Assembly (NCBI GenBank): GCA_026387355.1
Contig: JAPLLW010000011.1
Location: 9,504 to 73,503, forward strand
Direction: 5' to 3'
DNA from: Candidatus Omnitrophota bacterium
GTDB lineage: Bacteria; Omnitrophota; Gorgyraeia; Gygaellales; Profunditerraquicolaceae
DNA: 64,000 nt
Below the pieces are notes generated by a model. The model was not told where the DNA came from and searched no databases. It saw only the letters and a program-made list of their open reading frames with translations. Shown piece after piece: positions 8,216-18,790 of this stretch (its first letter is position 1; each line of letters opens with the position of its first letter). The position numbers and the translations under genes were made by a program.

Positions 8216-8718
8216 TAATTACTCCCTTTCTCTTCTTTTACTTTTAGTGAATCTGTTAGGCCCTTAAAAATGGTATTAGCAATAGTTTCTTTTGCGTAAG
8301 TGCTAGGACTGGATACCTCAACCAGAGTTTTACCTTTACCGGTTTCTGTCAGAAATATTCCCACGGGCGTTGTATCGGTTTCAGTAAGATAGCATGCGAT
8401 AAAATCTTGCTTTAGATTATCCTCATAAACATAAACCCTGTTACTGACATTATCCTCGGTATCCTCGCTGCCAAACATACCCTTATTTCCCATAAGACTA
8501 TTAACATTCTTATTAACCATATCCTGCCTAATTATCTTCATTATCTTGCTGTGGGAAGTAACTAAATCATAATTAAATTCCTTCTTAATGGCATCTTTGC
8601 GGTGATCCTCTAAAACCTTAGTAGAAACTCCAAGAAATCCCTTAACCCCCTCTTTCATACTGCTACATCCTGCTAATATGCCTATTAATAATATCAAAAA
8701 TATCTTAAGACCTTTCAT
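8215..8718 (-). CDS. Lipoprotein of unknown function
   Basis: Canonical lipobox LAGC after a basic/hydrophobic signal. Confidence 0.75.
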   Translation of the reverse strand: MKGLKIFLILLIGILAGCSSMKEGVKGFLGVSTKVLEDHRKDAIKKEFNYDLVTSHSKIMKIIRQDMVNKNVNSLMGNKGMFGSEDTEDNVSNRVYVYEDNLKQDFIACYLTETDTTPVGIFLTETGKGKTLVEVSSPSTYAKETIANTIFKGLTDSLKVKEEKGSN

Positions 8719-8732
8719 AGCTCTTCCCCCCC

Positions 8733-10748
8733 CTATTCGTTTATAACCTTCCAGATTTTGTCCAGATTCTTACGCGCTTCTTCTTCTCCTCTACGGGCAA
8801 ACTCTGAGGCCCTGTGCAATTCAAGCCAATATAGCCCTGAAGTATCAGGATGCAAAACTATATCCGCAAGCAACCCCTCTTTTTGCGCTACCTCAGACTG
8901 AAGTATTTCAAAAGTACTAAATATAATATCCAGTATATTAGTTTTAAATAGATCTTTAAAGTGCCTGCCTAAATTAAACCAGTTCTTCTTTTTTATCTCT
9001 CCGGAGATATTTACCTTTATCCCCTGTTTTATCTTTTCGTATTGATTCAATATATCCTGTCGCGAAGGCGTAACATTAACCGCGATAATCTTTTTTACCC
9101 CCATCTTTAGAAGCGGTTCGGTGGGAAGCGGATTAGTTACCCCGCCATCAAAGAGAAATTCTTCTTTAAATTTAAAAGGCGCAAAAACTCCGGGCATAGA
9201 ACAGCTCGCCATAATTGCATCTGCCAATAAACCTTTATCGAGAACGCGAGGCTCTTTCCTTTTAACATCAGTAGCAATAATCTTAAGCGGAAGGCGTACA
9301 TCATAAAAAGTCTTATCTCCTAAATGCTTCTTCAAAAACCCATGCAGTTTATTGCCTTTAAGAAATCCGATATGCGGAAATGTCAGGTCAATCAAACCCC
9401 AGATATGCTTTGGCTCCTTAAATTCCTTCATAATCTCCAGAATCTCGGAACTTGACTTGCCAATCGCCCAAAGACTAGCAATTAGCGCCCCCATACTGGA
9501 ACCGGCAATAATATCTATCGGGATATTCTCTTCTTCAATTACCTTTAATACGCCCAGATGACAAAAACCATAACCTACCCCTACTCCCAAGACTAAACCT
9601 ACCATACATTCGCCCACATAGCGGGAGATTCTTCTTACCGCTCTGGTATACTCGCTATCCGGCTCATCCAAGACCAACCGGTCAGTAAGACCAGGCTTAA
9701 TCATAGGTAAAGTGGCAAAAATATTCCTATCTAAGATCTTAGCCTGTTCGATAGGAGTAACTTTGGAGAATTTATATTCATTGATAATAATCTTAATTTT
9801 ATCGACTTGAAAATCAAACTCTTTCTTTAACCTAAGAGTAAGATTATGCGTTTTCTCAAGCTCTGGCTCATCCGGACCACTCAATAAATGTATAAGGTCG
9901 GACTGATTCAAGATACTAAATATATTCTTATCTAGAAGCGATGGTAGGTCTAAGATCAGGTAGTGATAGTCATTTACTAACCAACTTAAGATACCCACCA
10001 GACTTCTTACGCACTGATCATCGAGCGGATTATAATAAAAACAAAGCACGTCAATCCCAAAACTGCTATTTAAGATAAAATCTTTGGCTAAGCTTGAATT
10101 CCCGGAATCCTTACTAGAAAGATCAAATACTTTCTCATTACTAATCCCCAGCCTCCCCGGTAAACTATGCTTTTTATTAGCAGAGAGTATGTCCAGTATG
10201 ATTACTGACTTACGTGTCTCATTTTTAAGGCTTAAGGCAAGATTCAAAGCATAAATTGTTTTTCCTGCCTGAGAATATGAACTAAAAACAGAGATAAACG
10301 TACTTACAAAAATTGTTTTTTGATGGACGTCTTTTCTTTTAAGCCTGCGCGATAGGGTCTTACTTAAATCAATAGCTAAACGTGGGATTTTATTAATAAT
10401 AAAATCAAAATCTTCTTTACTAATAACCAGAATCAAACAATCATTAGTTGCCTGGGCAGTAACCGAATGCGTCTCGTTTGTAAGAAGCGAGATTATTCCG
10501 AAATATTTACCTCGGTGCAGATATTCCAGTATCTTCTGTGTGCCCTGGTTATCCTTAGTGTAAATAACCACTCTTCCTTGGGCCAAACAATAAAAACCGC
10601 TAGGGGAAGATCCTTCTTGATAAATTATATCCCCTTTTTTCAATGAAATAACGCTTGAGCGCTGCATGATAATTTTGCGCTGATGGATAGATAAATCCGC
10701 AAAGATAGGAAATTCCTGGATAACTAAACTCTTATTGATTAATTCCAT
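8733..10748 (-). CDS. Patatin-like phospholipase with N-terminal cNMP-binding domain and central ParA/MinD-like domain
   Basis: cNMP domain (GDIIYQEG, YFGIISL), AGKT P-loop-like motif, patatin GSSMG and DGG motifs. Confidence 0.85.
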   Translation of the reverse strand: MELINKSLVIQEFPIFADLSIHQRKIIMQRSSVISLKKGDIIYQEGSSPSGFYCLAQGRVVIYTKDNQGTQKILEYLHRGKYFGIISLLTNETHSVTAQATNDCLILVISKEDFDFIINKIPRLAIDLSKTLSRRLKRKDVHQKTIFVSTFISVFSSYSQAGKTIYALNLALSLKNETRKSVIILDILSANKKHSLPGRLGISNEKVFDLSSKDSGNSSLAKDFILNSSFGIDVLCFYYNPLDDQCVRSLVGILSWLVNDYHYLILDLPSLLDKNIFSILNQSDLIHLLSGPDEPELEKTHNLTLRLKKEFDFQVDKIKIIINEYKFSKVTPIEQAKILDRNIFATLPMIKPGLTDRLVLDEPDSEYTRAVRRISRYVGECMVGLVLGVGVGYGFCHLGVLKVIEEENIPIDIIAGSSMGALIASLWAIGKSSSEILEIMKEFKEPKHIWGLIDLTFPHIGFLKGNKLHGFLKKHLGDKTFYDVRLPLKIIATDVKRKEPRVLDKGLLADAIMASCSMPGVFAPFKFKEEFLFDGGVTNPLPTEPLLKMGVKKIIAVNVTPSRQDILNQYEKIKQGIKVNISGEIKKKNWFNLGRHFKDLFKTNILDIIFSTFEILQSEVAQKEGLLADIVLHPDTSGLYWLELHRASEFARRGEEEARKNLDKIWKVINE

Positions 10749-10750
10749 AT

Positions 10751-11968
10751 CTATAATTTACCGGTTAAACACACCTGCGCAAATTTCTTAGCGCTCTCTC
10801 TAACTGTACGCTGAAAAGTATTGTAATCTATACCTATAAGCCCAAAGCGCGGACTAAACCCCTTATCCCACTCAAAATTATCCAAAAGCGACCAATAGAT
10901 AAATCCCATTATCTCTAAACCGCTAAGTAGCGCCTTATTTACGCTCTTTAAATGCTCCTGAATAAACTCCCATCTTAAAGCATCATCTTCTGTGCAAATT
11001 CCGTTCTCTAGAATAAACACGGGCAATTTATAACGCTTAATACTTATCAATACATCATAGAGCCCCTGCGGATATATATCCCAACCCATAGAGTTCTTTT
11101 TTAAATGATGGTGGTCTTTCTCGCAAACATCCGAAGCAAAATTCTTTATTCCCCAACCCTTAAGTTCAACCCAAGTAGGACTATAATAATTTACTCCTAT
11201 AAAATCCAAAGCTTTGTGACGGAATATCTTGTCAATAAATCCAAGGTTGTAAGATTTGTGCCTTAAATAAGCGGCGAGTTTATTCCTTAAGCTTAGGCGA
11301 CAAGGGACAAATGCCTGCATATTCTGAGCAACACTTATTTTAGGAGGCATTAAATTCTTTTCCTTATATATCTGGCGGATAAGACGATACGCCTTAATGT
11401 GAATACGCTCCAGAGTATTCATTACCCTTGTGGATTTTATTAAAGACTTCTCCTGCGGAGGCCAAAAACCTAAAAGATAGGAAAAATAGGCATAGACATT
11501 GGGTTCATTTATAGTAACCCAGAAACGCACATTATTCGCTAATACTTCTACAACCTTACTGACATAACGTAGAAAATATTTGTCAGCATCCTTATTACAC
11601 CAGGCGCCAAGAGAAGCAAACCATGCAGGATTAGTAAAATGATGCAGAGTAACTATCGGCTCAAGCCCGCGCTCCTTAAGCGCAAGGATTACTAATCTGT
11701 AATGCTCTAGTGCCTCAGATGAGAATTTACCCTCTTGTGGCTCAATGCGTGACCATTCAATTGATAAACGATGACAATTATGATGCAAAGATTTTGCTAA
11801 ATCAAGATCCTGGTTATAAAAATCATAATGCCGGCAAGCAGCGCCGGATTGATTTTTCAAATTCGCTCGCTTCTCCCACTCCCACCAGTCGCTGTAAACA
11901 TTGCCGCCTTCGACCTGGTAGGCTGAAGTAGCTGCACCCCATAGGAATCTTTTAGGAAATTCGATCAT
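10751..11968 (-). CDS. Glycoside hydrolase family 1 (beta-glucosidase)
   Basis: FLWGAATSAYQVEG, TINEP, ILENG and WSLLDNFEW motifs. Confidence 0.92.
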   Translation of the reverse strand: MIEFPKRFLWGAATSAYQVEGGNVYSDWWEWEKRANLKNQSGAACRHYDFYNQDLDLAKSLHHNCHRLSIEWSRIEPQEGKFSSEALEHYRLVILALKERGLEPIVTLHHFTNPAWFASLGAWCNKDADKYFLRYVSKVVEVLANNVRFWVTINEPNVYAYFSYLLGFWPPQEKSLIKSTRVMNTLERIHIKAYRLIRQIYKEKNLMPPKISVAQNMQAFVPCRLSLRNKLAAYLRHKSYNLGFIDKIFRHKALDFIGVNYYSPTWVELKGWGIKNFASDVCEKDHHHLKKNSMGWDIYPQGLYDVLISIKRYKLPVFILENGICTEDDALRWEFIQEHLKSVNKALLSGLEIMGFIYWSLLDNFEWDKGFSPRFGLIGIDYNTFQRTVRESAKKFAQVCLTGKL

Positions 11969-11989
11969 CGAGGGTACATTATAACATCA

Positions 11990-12027
11990 AAAAACAGAAA
12001 GTCCCAACAAAAATGCTGGGACTTTCT
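11990..12027 (-). terminator. Intrinsic terminator
   Basis: AGAAAGTCCCA...TGGGACTTTCT hairpin followed by a T-run on the minus strand. Confidence 0.65.
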
Positions 12028-12054
12028 TGGATTACTTAGTGAAAAACAATAACT

Positions 12055-12519
12055 TTATCTACTTTTTGAAGGCGCTTTCTCTAAATTCAGGCTCTTACTT
12101 AATGCACTCCAAGTCTTCGGCCCGACTTTACCATCAGCCGTCAAACCATTTGCTTTCTGGAATTCTGCGATAGCCTTCTTGGTCTTAGAGCCAAGCTTAC
12201 CATCTACCTCTCCGGTATAAAAGGAAGCATTTTTAAGCGCTGTTTGAATTTCAACAGGCGTAGGCTTATACGGACCAGCTGGTGGCAATGACTCCAATTT
12301 ACCTGGTTTAGAAGCAGTAACAAACACCGGCTCAACCTTTATCTCAGGAGTCTTTACCTCGATTGCCTGAACAGTTGCCGGAGCTGTGGTATTCATGGTA
12401 GTAAGCGTCTCCATAGACATCGGCTGCTGCACTTCTTCTAAGGATTGCTGTTTCTTACCACATCCATATAGATAAGTTCCTAATGCAAAAACTAAAGCGA
12501 CAAAAACAAATTTCTTCAT
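12055..12519 (-). CDS. Lipoprotein with peptidoglycan-binding (PG_binding_1) domain
   Basis: Lipobox LYGC; IQTALK...VDGKLG...FQKANGLTADGKVGPKTW. Confidence 0.85.
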   Translation of the reverse strand: MKKFVFVALVFALGTYLYGCGKKQQSLEEVQQPMSMETLTTMNTTAPATVQAIEVKTPEIKVEPVFVTASKPGKLESLPPAGPYKPTPVEIQTALKNASFYTGEVDGKLGSKTKKAIAEFQKANGLTADGKVGPKTWSALSKSLNLEKAPSKSR

Positions 12520-12586
12520 ATTCGTTCACCTCCTTAGTGGATTAATTAATTTTAGCAAAATTTCTATAAAAAGCAAATAAAATTAC

Positions 12587-13783
12587 CTAAATCAACCTGA
12601 TCTTAGGATACAATACATTTACGCTTAAGAAGAATCCTAAGCAGATAATCCCGCCTAAGAAAACCGCAAAAGAAACACCTAATGATTGAGCAATAATACC
12701 AGCAAATAAATTTCCAAAAGGCATAAGGCCGGCAAAGGTAATCATAAATACACTCATTACCCTACCTCTGAATCTATCCTCTACCTTAGTCTGTAATAAA
12801 GTGTTCACTAAAGCCAAGGCGATAACACTTGAGCCTCCTACAAACGCCAGTGCCACCAGTGATAAAGAGTATATTTTTGACAATGAAAAGGTAATCAAGG
12901 AGACAGAGAATAATATCGAAGAGAACGAAAGTAATTTCCCCTTATATTTGAAATCGCCTAAACGTGCTAAGACCAACGCCCCTATAAGAGCGCCGGCACC
13001 TGCACTAGACATAAGTACACCTAGACCTTTGACACCAACCTTTAATATATCTTTAGCAAATATAGGCATAAGAACAACGTGCGCTACGCCAAAAAGACTA
13101 ACCACTCCTATCATCGAGATCAGAGCCAGGATTAAACGATTATTCTTTATAAAAATAAGCCCTTCTATAGAATCTTTGAATGCACTGCCAGCTAAATTAT
13201 CCTGCGGCTTGTCATATATCTTGATTGTCCAAAGCGCAAGTAGCACTGCAAAGAAACTTATCCCATTTATATAGAAACATCCGCTCATGCCAATACTTGA
13301 AATCAAAATACCGCCAAGCGCAGGCCCGATAATGCGCGAAGAATTAAAAGATACGGAATTTAAAGCAATAGCGTTGGTCAAATGTTCTTTCCCGGTTAAT
13401 TCTACAACTACCGCCTGGCGACTCGGGGCATCAAAAGCCATCACAATACCGTTTAAAACAGCAATAACCATAATTTGCATAGTTGTAATTAATTTTAACT
13501 GGGTAAGAATAGCCAGGGCAAATGCCAAGACCATGAAAGCAAATTGAGTAGCAATAAGAATACTTCTTTTGTTGAGACGGTCAGCTAAAACACCCCCGAA
13601 TAAAGAAAGGAAGAGTATGGGGATAGAACTTAAGAATCCTACTACGCCTAATAAAAAAGCAGAATTAGTCAGCTGAAAAACAAGCCAACTAAGGGAAACC
13701 TGCTGGATCCATGTCCCCACCAGCGAAACAAACATACCAAACCAATAAACCCTGAAATCTTTTACCTTGAGTGATGAGAACAT
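12587..13783 (-). CDS. MFS transporter (MFS_3-like)
   Basis: About 12 TM segments, GGVLADRLNKR motif A, FRGRVMS. Confidence 0.9.
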   Translation of the reverse strand: MFSSLKVKDFRVYWFGMFVSLVGTWIQQVSLSWLVFQLTNSAFLLGVVGFLSSIPILFLSLFGGVLADRLNKRSILIATQFAFMVLAFALAILTQLKLITTMQIMVIAVLNGIVMAFDAPSRQAVVVELTGKEHLTNAIALNSVSFNSSRIIGPALGGILISSIGMSGCFYINGISFFAVLLALWTIKIYDKPQDNLAGSAFKDSIEGLIFIKNNRLILALISMIGVVSLFGVAHVVLMPIFAKDILKVGVKGLGVLMSSAGAGALIGALVLARLGDFKYKGKLLSFSSILFSVSLITFSLSKIYSLSLVALAFVGGSSVIALALVNTLLQTKVEDRFRGRVMSVFMITFAGLMPFGNLFAGIIAQSLGVSFAVFLGGIICLGFFLSVNVLYPKIRLI

Positions 13784-13784
13784 C

Positions 13785-14399
13785 TTAAGACTTAATTACT
13801 GCTTCTCGACGACAACCCGGGCAGAGAATCTTTGTGCGCGTTGAACGATTAATTGTTGCGGATCTACTACCGGGAGAGGCCCTCTCTTTTAAACTTAAAC
13901 CTATACTCCTTAAATAGAAAAGTAGAAGCGAGGCATTAGAAAAAGTTAGCGGACCTAATTTATTGGCTACCCATGCGTATTGATCATAGGGAATAATCGG
14001 CACACCGCAACATTCACAAACAATAAATTCCTTTTCTATTGACTGCTTAAGTTCTTGTCTCTTTTCCGTAGTAGCATAATCAAACTCCTGAGAAAGAATT
14101 ATGCCTTTGGTAGTCAAACAATTAGCCTGGCACTGCCCGCAAGATACACAAATATCCCAATGTACGGTAAGTCTTCTTTTGACCAAAGTCCCTTTTATCT
14201 CATCGATAAATTCAATTGCATTCGCAGGGCATACCTGGGCACAAGCAGCACATCCTACGCAACCATCTTGATAAAAATACGGTCGACCGCGAAAACGCTC
14301 ATATGGCTTATGGGGCTTGACCGGGAAGTTGTTGGTGTAGGGCCTACTAAATAGTGACTTTAACGCCTGCTTTAATTCTCTTACTTTAGGTCTTCGCAT
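13785..14399 (-). CDS. NuoI/HycF-like 2x[4Fe-4S] subunit of membrane-bound hydrogenase
   Basis: CVGCAACAQVCP and CVSCGQCQANC motifs plus extra CxCC and CPGC; operon context. Confidence 0.85.
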   Translation of the reverse strand: MRRPKVRELKQALKSLFSRPYTNNFPVKPHKPYERFRGRPYFYQDGCVGCAACAQVCPANAIEFIDEIKGTLVKRRLTVHWDICVSCGQCQANCLTTKGIILSQEFDYATTEKRQELKQSIEKEFIVCECCGVPIIPYDQYAWVANKLGPLTFSNASLLLFYLRSIGLSLKERASPGSRSATINRSTRTKILCPGCRREAVIKS

Positions 14400-16128
14400 T
14401 TTTATTCTTACGCTTAAAAATCCATTTTAAAGTGAGAATATTATAAATATCTAAATCTTCCGACTTAAGGAAACGATAATAAATGCGCAGTAACGGCAGG
14501 TTTTCGATAGTTTTATAAAATTCTGTTGCCGGAAAAAGCGGACGGCTATACCCGGATTCTCCACCGACAAAAAAAGTATCTTCTCTAACGCCCTTTTTAT
14601 TCATTGAATTCCAAATTATAAAACCTATAACTAACGCCATAATTATAAATACTGAAACAAAAATACTATTCCAGCTACCGCTATAATCTAATATAAACGA
14701 AAAAGACGGAGCAATGAATTTTCCTACAAAATAATTTGCAAATACCCCAAGCATAACGCAAAAAGCAGCTAAAGTTAGCAAAGGTACAAGCATCTCCCAG
14801 GAAGCCTCACCGATTTTTTCCTTTGACTTAAGATTGTCCTGACCTAAGAAGATAGCATGGATAAACTTGATGAAACTAGCCAAGGTAAGCGCACTACCAA
14901 ACATAGCGGCAACTAAAGCAAACATGTAAATAAATCTTAAGCATATGTTTGTTGTAGCTAATAGACCTAGAAAAGCGCCTTGATAAAGCATCCATTTTGA
15001 AGCAAATCCATTTAACGGAGGAATACCAGAGATAGAAAGAGAGAAAACTATTGCCGCTAGAAAAGTAAGCGGCATATAACGTGCTAAACCTCCCAGTCGA
15101 TCTAATTCAAATGTATTGGCCTTCTTCTCTACTGCTCCACCTACTAGAAATAACCCGCTCTTATATATGGAATTATTAATCATATGAAATATAGCGCCGA
15201 TAATGCCGATTGGGGTTGCGGTACCAATCCCTAAGACCATATAGCCCACCTGGCTTATAGCATGATAGGAGAGCAGCTTCCTCAAATCATGTTGAATCAA
15301 AGCCATCATTACTGCAAAAATAATCGTAAGGCTACCGGTAATAAGCAAGAGGCCGATTATAAAATTGTTCATCACAAAAAAATCCAGGCATATGCGGGAG
15401 AGAATATATATACCAAGCAGCTTATCCAGTGAAGCAGGCAATATCGCCATTACCGTAGCCGGAGCACTCTGGCTTGCCGTAGGAATCCAGGTATGCAGCG
15501 GGCCTGAACCTGCCTTTGCCAATGCCCCTATAAGCATAAGCACGATCGCTACCCAACAGACCGGCCGATTCAAAATCATCGTCGATCCGGTGAACATACT
15601 ATTTGATCCGGTAAAGGAAGTATAAATAATAGCGCCCGCAATAAAACAGAGGTAAGAAAATCCTAGAATTACTCCCGCTTTCTTAGCGCTAAACTTTGAA
15701 TTTAAATTAAGCAACATATAAAGGATAAAGATCGAACCACCCCAGGATAATGTAAAGACAATAAAATCCGTAGCCAGGATTTCTAAATTAGTAAAAACCA
15801 TAAGCAGGATTAACCAGGAGAAATACCCGCCTTTACCGTTAGAATAATCTTTGGAAAAAAGACAAATTAGGAAACCGAAAAGATTAGCAAAGACTAAGAC
15901 CAGACGAGAGAGCTTATCCAAAGTAAGAAATACGGTGAACCCGGGGAAAATCTGCTTGCTCCAGGCAAAATGCGGGCTTAGCGATATGATTATGGCGTAG
16001 ATTAAACTGAATAATAAAACTCCTAGGCTTATGTTTTTTCTTAGATTATCGAGGCGCCCTAAAAAGAAAAAACATATCCCGGATAAAAGCGGTAAAGTTA
16101 GCAGGAAAAATAAACTGATATTCGTCAT
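14386..16128 (-). CDS. NuoL/HyfB-like antiporter-type membrane subunit
   Basis: KAG-x-GPLHTWIP, DLRKLLSYHAISQVGY and GIPPLNGFASKW motifs. Confidence 0.88.
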   Translation of the reverse strand: MTNISLFFLLTLPLLSGICFFFLGRLDNLRKNISLGVLLFSLIYAIIISLSPHFAWSKQIFPGFTVFLTLDKLSRLVLVFANLFGFLICLFSKDYSNGKGGYFSWLILLMVFTNLEILATDFIVFTLSWGGSIFILYMLLNLNSKFSAKKAGVILGFSYLCFIAGAIIYTSFTGSNSMFTGSTMILNRPVCWVAIVLMLIGALAKAGSGPLHTWIPTASQSAPATVMAILPASLDKLLGIYILSRICLDFFVMNNFIIGLLLITGSLTIIFAVMMALIQHDLRKLLSYHAISQVGYMVLGIGTATPIGIIGAIFHMINNSIYKSGLFLVGGAVEKKANTFELDRLGGLARYMPLTFLAAIVFSLSISGIPPLNGFASKWMLYQGAFLGLLATTNICLRFIYMFALVAAMFGSALTLASFIKFIHAIFLGQDNLKSKEKIGEASWEMLVPLLTLAAFCVMLGVFANYFVGKFIAPSFSFILDYSGSWNSIFVSVFIIMALVIGFIIWNSMNKKGVREDTFFVGGESGYSRPLFPATEFYKTIENLPLLRIYYRFLKSEDLDIYNILTLKWIFKRKNKNAKT

Positions 16129-16742
16129 TTTATCTTTAGTAAGCTCTTAGCGATTTTCTTAATGTGATAATAAACCGCGGCTGTAAAATCAAGCATATTC
16201 AAATACATATTGCAACTCATAGGAGTACATAGACCGGCAATAAGCCTCTGATTATGGTGATTACGGTATTTATCAACCATACTATCAATATGCTCTTCGT
16301 TCCTTAAAACCTCTTGCACTAAAGCGGGGTTATCTTTTTCTAAGACAAAAACCACCTCTTCTAAGGCAACTTTTGTTTTATTGTAAAGTTCTTTATATTC
16401 TTCAACAGCGACCTCATCAAATAAAAGCCTCTCTTCTATCTTGATTTGAATCCTCTCAAGAATATCTTTACAATAATCTCCGATTAACTCAAAATCAGCT
16501 GCAATATCCGCATAAACTAAGATTCTCATTTTTTCTTCAGTAGAATAAGCGGTGCGACCTAAATCAATAATGTTTTTGTTAATATCTTCTTCTAGGGCAT
16601 TCAACCTAGCTTCGTCTTCCAGGGCCTTAGTAATAAGCTCCACGTCGTGTTCAATAAAAGCGTCATAGGTGAGCTTCCACATAGACAATGAGCTTTTTGC
16701 CATCTGAGTTACTTTTTCCTTAATACTATTTAGATCTACCAT
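16125..16742 (-). CDS. PhoU-domain protein
   Basis: Two helical repeats with DFELIGDY and EEHIDSM...HNQRL...C patterns like the PhoU domains of Na/Pi cotransporters. Confidence 0.7.
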   Translation of the reverse strand: MVDLNSIKEKVTQMAKSSLSMWKLTYDAFIEHDVELITKALEDEARLNALEEDINKNIIDLGRTAYSTEEKMRILVYADIAADFELIGDYCKDILERIQIKIEERLLFDEVAVEEYKELYNKTKVALEEVVFVLEKDNPALVQEVLRNEEHIDSMVDKYRNHHNQRLIAGLCTPMSCNMYLNMLDFTAAVYYHIKKIAKSLLKIK

Positions 16743-17934
16743 AGTAGCTCTCCTTTAGTTTAAGGGTTTTATCCTGCGACAATTTAATCAAATCCCAACC
16801 ATTCATTATTTTAGAATTATCCGATTTATTAATCACCGCCACCCTCTCCGTACAGCAATAACAAGGATCGACCGCTGCTAGAGTAAGAGTAGCGTCGGAG
16901 ATCGTACCTCCCACAGCAGCTACCTTATCGGACGCTACATTCATAAAGCTTGGGGAACGGATCTTATGCCTTAACGGCCGGTTAGTTCCGTCACTTACTA
17001 TATAATGGAAACATTCACCTCTGGGAGCCTCCACCCTACCGATACCCTCACCAACTGGGATATCCTTAATGTCAGCGTCAATTATTCCGGATTTAGGCAT
17101 CTTATCTAAACATTGCCTGATAAGGCTTATGCTTTCATATAACTCTAAAATCCTTACTACGGTTTTACAAAATATATCTCCGTCTTTTTCTATAATTACC
17201 TTCCAGTCAAGCCGGTCGCTTGAGCCATATGGTTCATCCCGACGTATATCAATATTCACACCTGAAGCACGCGCAGTCGGGCCTACAACCGCCCATTCAA
17301 TTGCCTGCTGCCTAGTTAATCTCCCAACATCCTTTAAGCGCATCTTTATTATCGGGTCATCCATAATCGCGCCATGAAATAAATCTATCCCCGGCAATAA
17401 TTCATCCAGCATCTTCTTAATCTGCGGGATATCATCGTCTTTTATATCACGCCTAACTCCTCCGACCTTAAACATCGCGTAATTATTACGGTTACCAGTG
17501 ACCATCTCAAACATATCCAAAACCGGCTCGCGGAACTTCCAGGCCCACATCCAGACAGTATTATAACCGATAAAGTGCCCCACCAACCCCAGCCACAAAA
17601 GATGACTGTGAATCCTCTGCAATTCATCTATAATCGTACGGATGAAAAGTGATTTTTCAGGTACAATATTAAATTCTCCGCCCAATATATTTTCTACTGC
17701 CAAAACATAAGCATATGGATGGCTGGACGAACAAATACCGCAGATGCGCTCAACTAAAAACGGAACCTGATCAAAATGCTTAGACTCAGAGAGTTTCTCT
17801 ATGCCGCGGTGGTTATAGCCAATGATAATATCAATATCAACCACCTTCTCGCCCTCGACATAAAGCTGGAAAAACTCCGGTTCTTCCTGTAACGGATGAT
17901 ACGGGCCTATAGGAACAATGATTTTATGACTCAT
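16726..17934 (-). CDS. Group 4 [NiFe]-hydrogenase large subunit
   Basis: L1 ERICGICSSSH and L2 DPCYCCTER motifs, with C-terminal extension. Confidence 0.92.
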   Translation of the reverse strand: MSHKIIVPIGPYHPLQEEPEFFQLYVEGEKVVDIDIIIGYNHRGIEKLSESKHFDQVPFLVERICGICSSSHPYAYVLAVENILGGEFNIVPEKSLFIRTIIDELQRIHSHLLWLGLVGHFIGYNTVWMWAWKFREPVLDMFEMVTGNRNNYAMFKVGGVRRDIKDDDIPQIKKMLDELLPGIDLFHGAIMDDPIIKMRLKDVGRLTRQQAIEWAVVGPTARASGVNIDIRRDEPYGSSDRLDWKVIIEKDGDIFCKTVVRILELYESISLIRQCLDKMPKSGIIDADIKDIPVGEGIGRVEAPRGECFHYIVSDGTNRPLRHKIRSPSFMNVASDKVAAVGGTISDATLTLAAVDPCYCCTERVAVINKSDNSKIMNGWDLIKLSQDKTLKLKESYYGRSK

Positions 17935-18359
17935 TTTTTATTCCTCATAGGGTAGTCGCCTTGCGGCCATTCATCAGCGAGAAGCAATTTCTTTAAATTC
18001 GGATGGCCTATAAAATTAATTCCGAACATCTCCCAAATCTCACGCTCGATCCATTCTCCTCCCGGGAATAACGGTGAGATAGAAGCAACCTCGGGCTTTA
18101 GCTTATCATCTAACAAAAGACGCACTGTATAAATCTCGCCAGATGGATCATTGCTAAAATGATAGAGTAATTCAAAACCATGCGGAAGCTCTACAGCTGA
18201 AGCAGTAATAAATCTTAACTCTAGATTCTTAAGCAGGATTTCGGTCGTCTTAAGAATGTCTTTTTTATCCAGACTAAAATATATTCTCTTAGTAGAGACC
18301 TCTCTCCAATCTTTAATCTTGTCCTGCAGCTTTTCTTTAATTCTATCCCTCATCTCCAT
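17931..18359 (-). CDS. NuoC-like hydrogenase subunit
   Basis: WIEREIWEMFGINFIGHPNL...YPMR. Confidence 0.88.
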   Translation of the reverse strand: MEMRDRIKEKLQDKIKDWREVSTKRIYFSLDKKDILKTTEILLKNLELRFITASAVELPHGFELLYHFSNDPSGEIYTVRLLLDDKLKPEVASISPLFPGGEWIEREIWEMFGINFIGHPNLKKLLLADEWPQGDYPMRNKK

Positions 18360-18363
18360 AAGA

Positions 18364-18789
18364 CTATTTGCCTTTCTTCATTTTATTCACTAACTGCAGA
18401 ATGCCTGAAATAATAGCTTCGGGTTTAGGAGGACAACCCGGGATATATAAATCGACCGGCAGGATCTTATCCAACGGCTCACCGACATTATAGCTGTCTC
18501 TAAACATGTGCTGCGAACAGGCGCAGATACCACAAGCAACCACCACGCACGGCTTAGCTGTCTGCTCGTAAACCTTCTTCATCCTGACAATTGCCTTCTT
18601 ATTCATTGCGCCGGTAATTAAGAGCGCATCCGCATGCCGGACCGAACCGATAAGCTGAATACCAAAACGCTCAATATCATGCCTAGGAGTAAAACAATCC
18701 AATATCTCGATATCACAGTTATTGCAGGAACCAACACTCATATGAAATACCCAGATGGATTTAGTTAGGGCCTTACTTCTAATATCCAT
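18364..18789 (-). CDS. NuoB-like hydrogenase small subunit
   Basis: GSCNNCDIE, RHAD, GICACS, IPGCPPKPE; start placed at ATG 18789 (MDIRSK). Confidence 0.9.
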   Translation of the reverse strand: MDIRSKALTKSIWVFHMSVGSCNNCDIEILDCFTPRHDIERFGIQLIGSVRHADALLITGAMNKKAIVRMKKVYEQTAKPCVVVACGICACSQHMFRDSYNVGEPLDKILPVDLYIPGCPPKPEAIISGILQLVNKMKKGK

Positions 18790-18790
18790 A

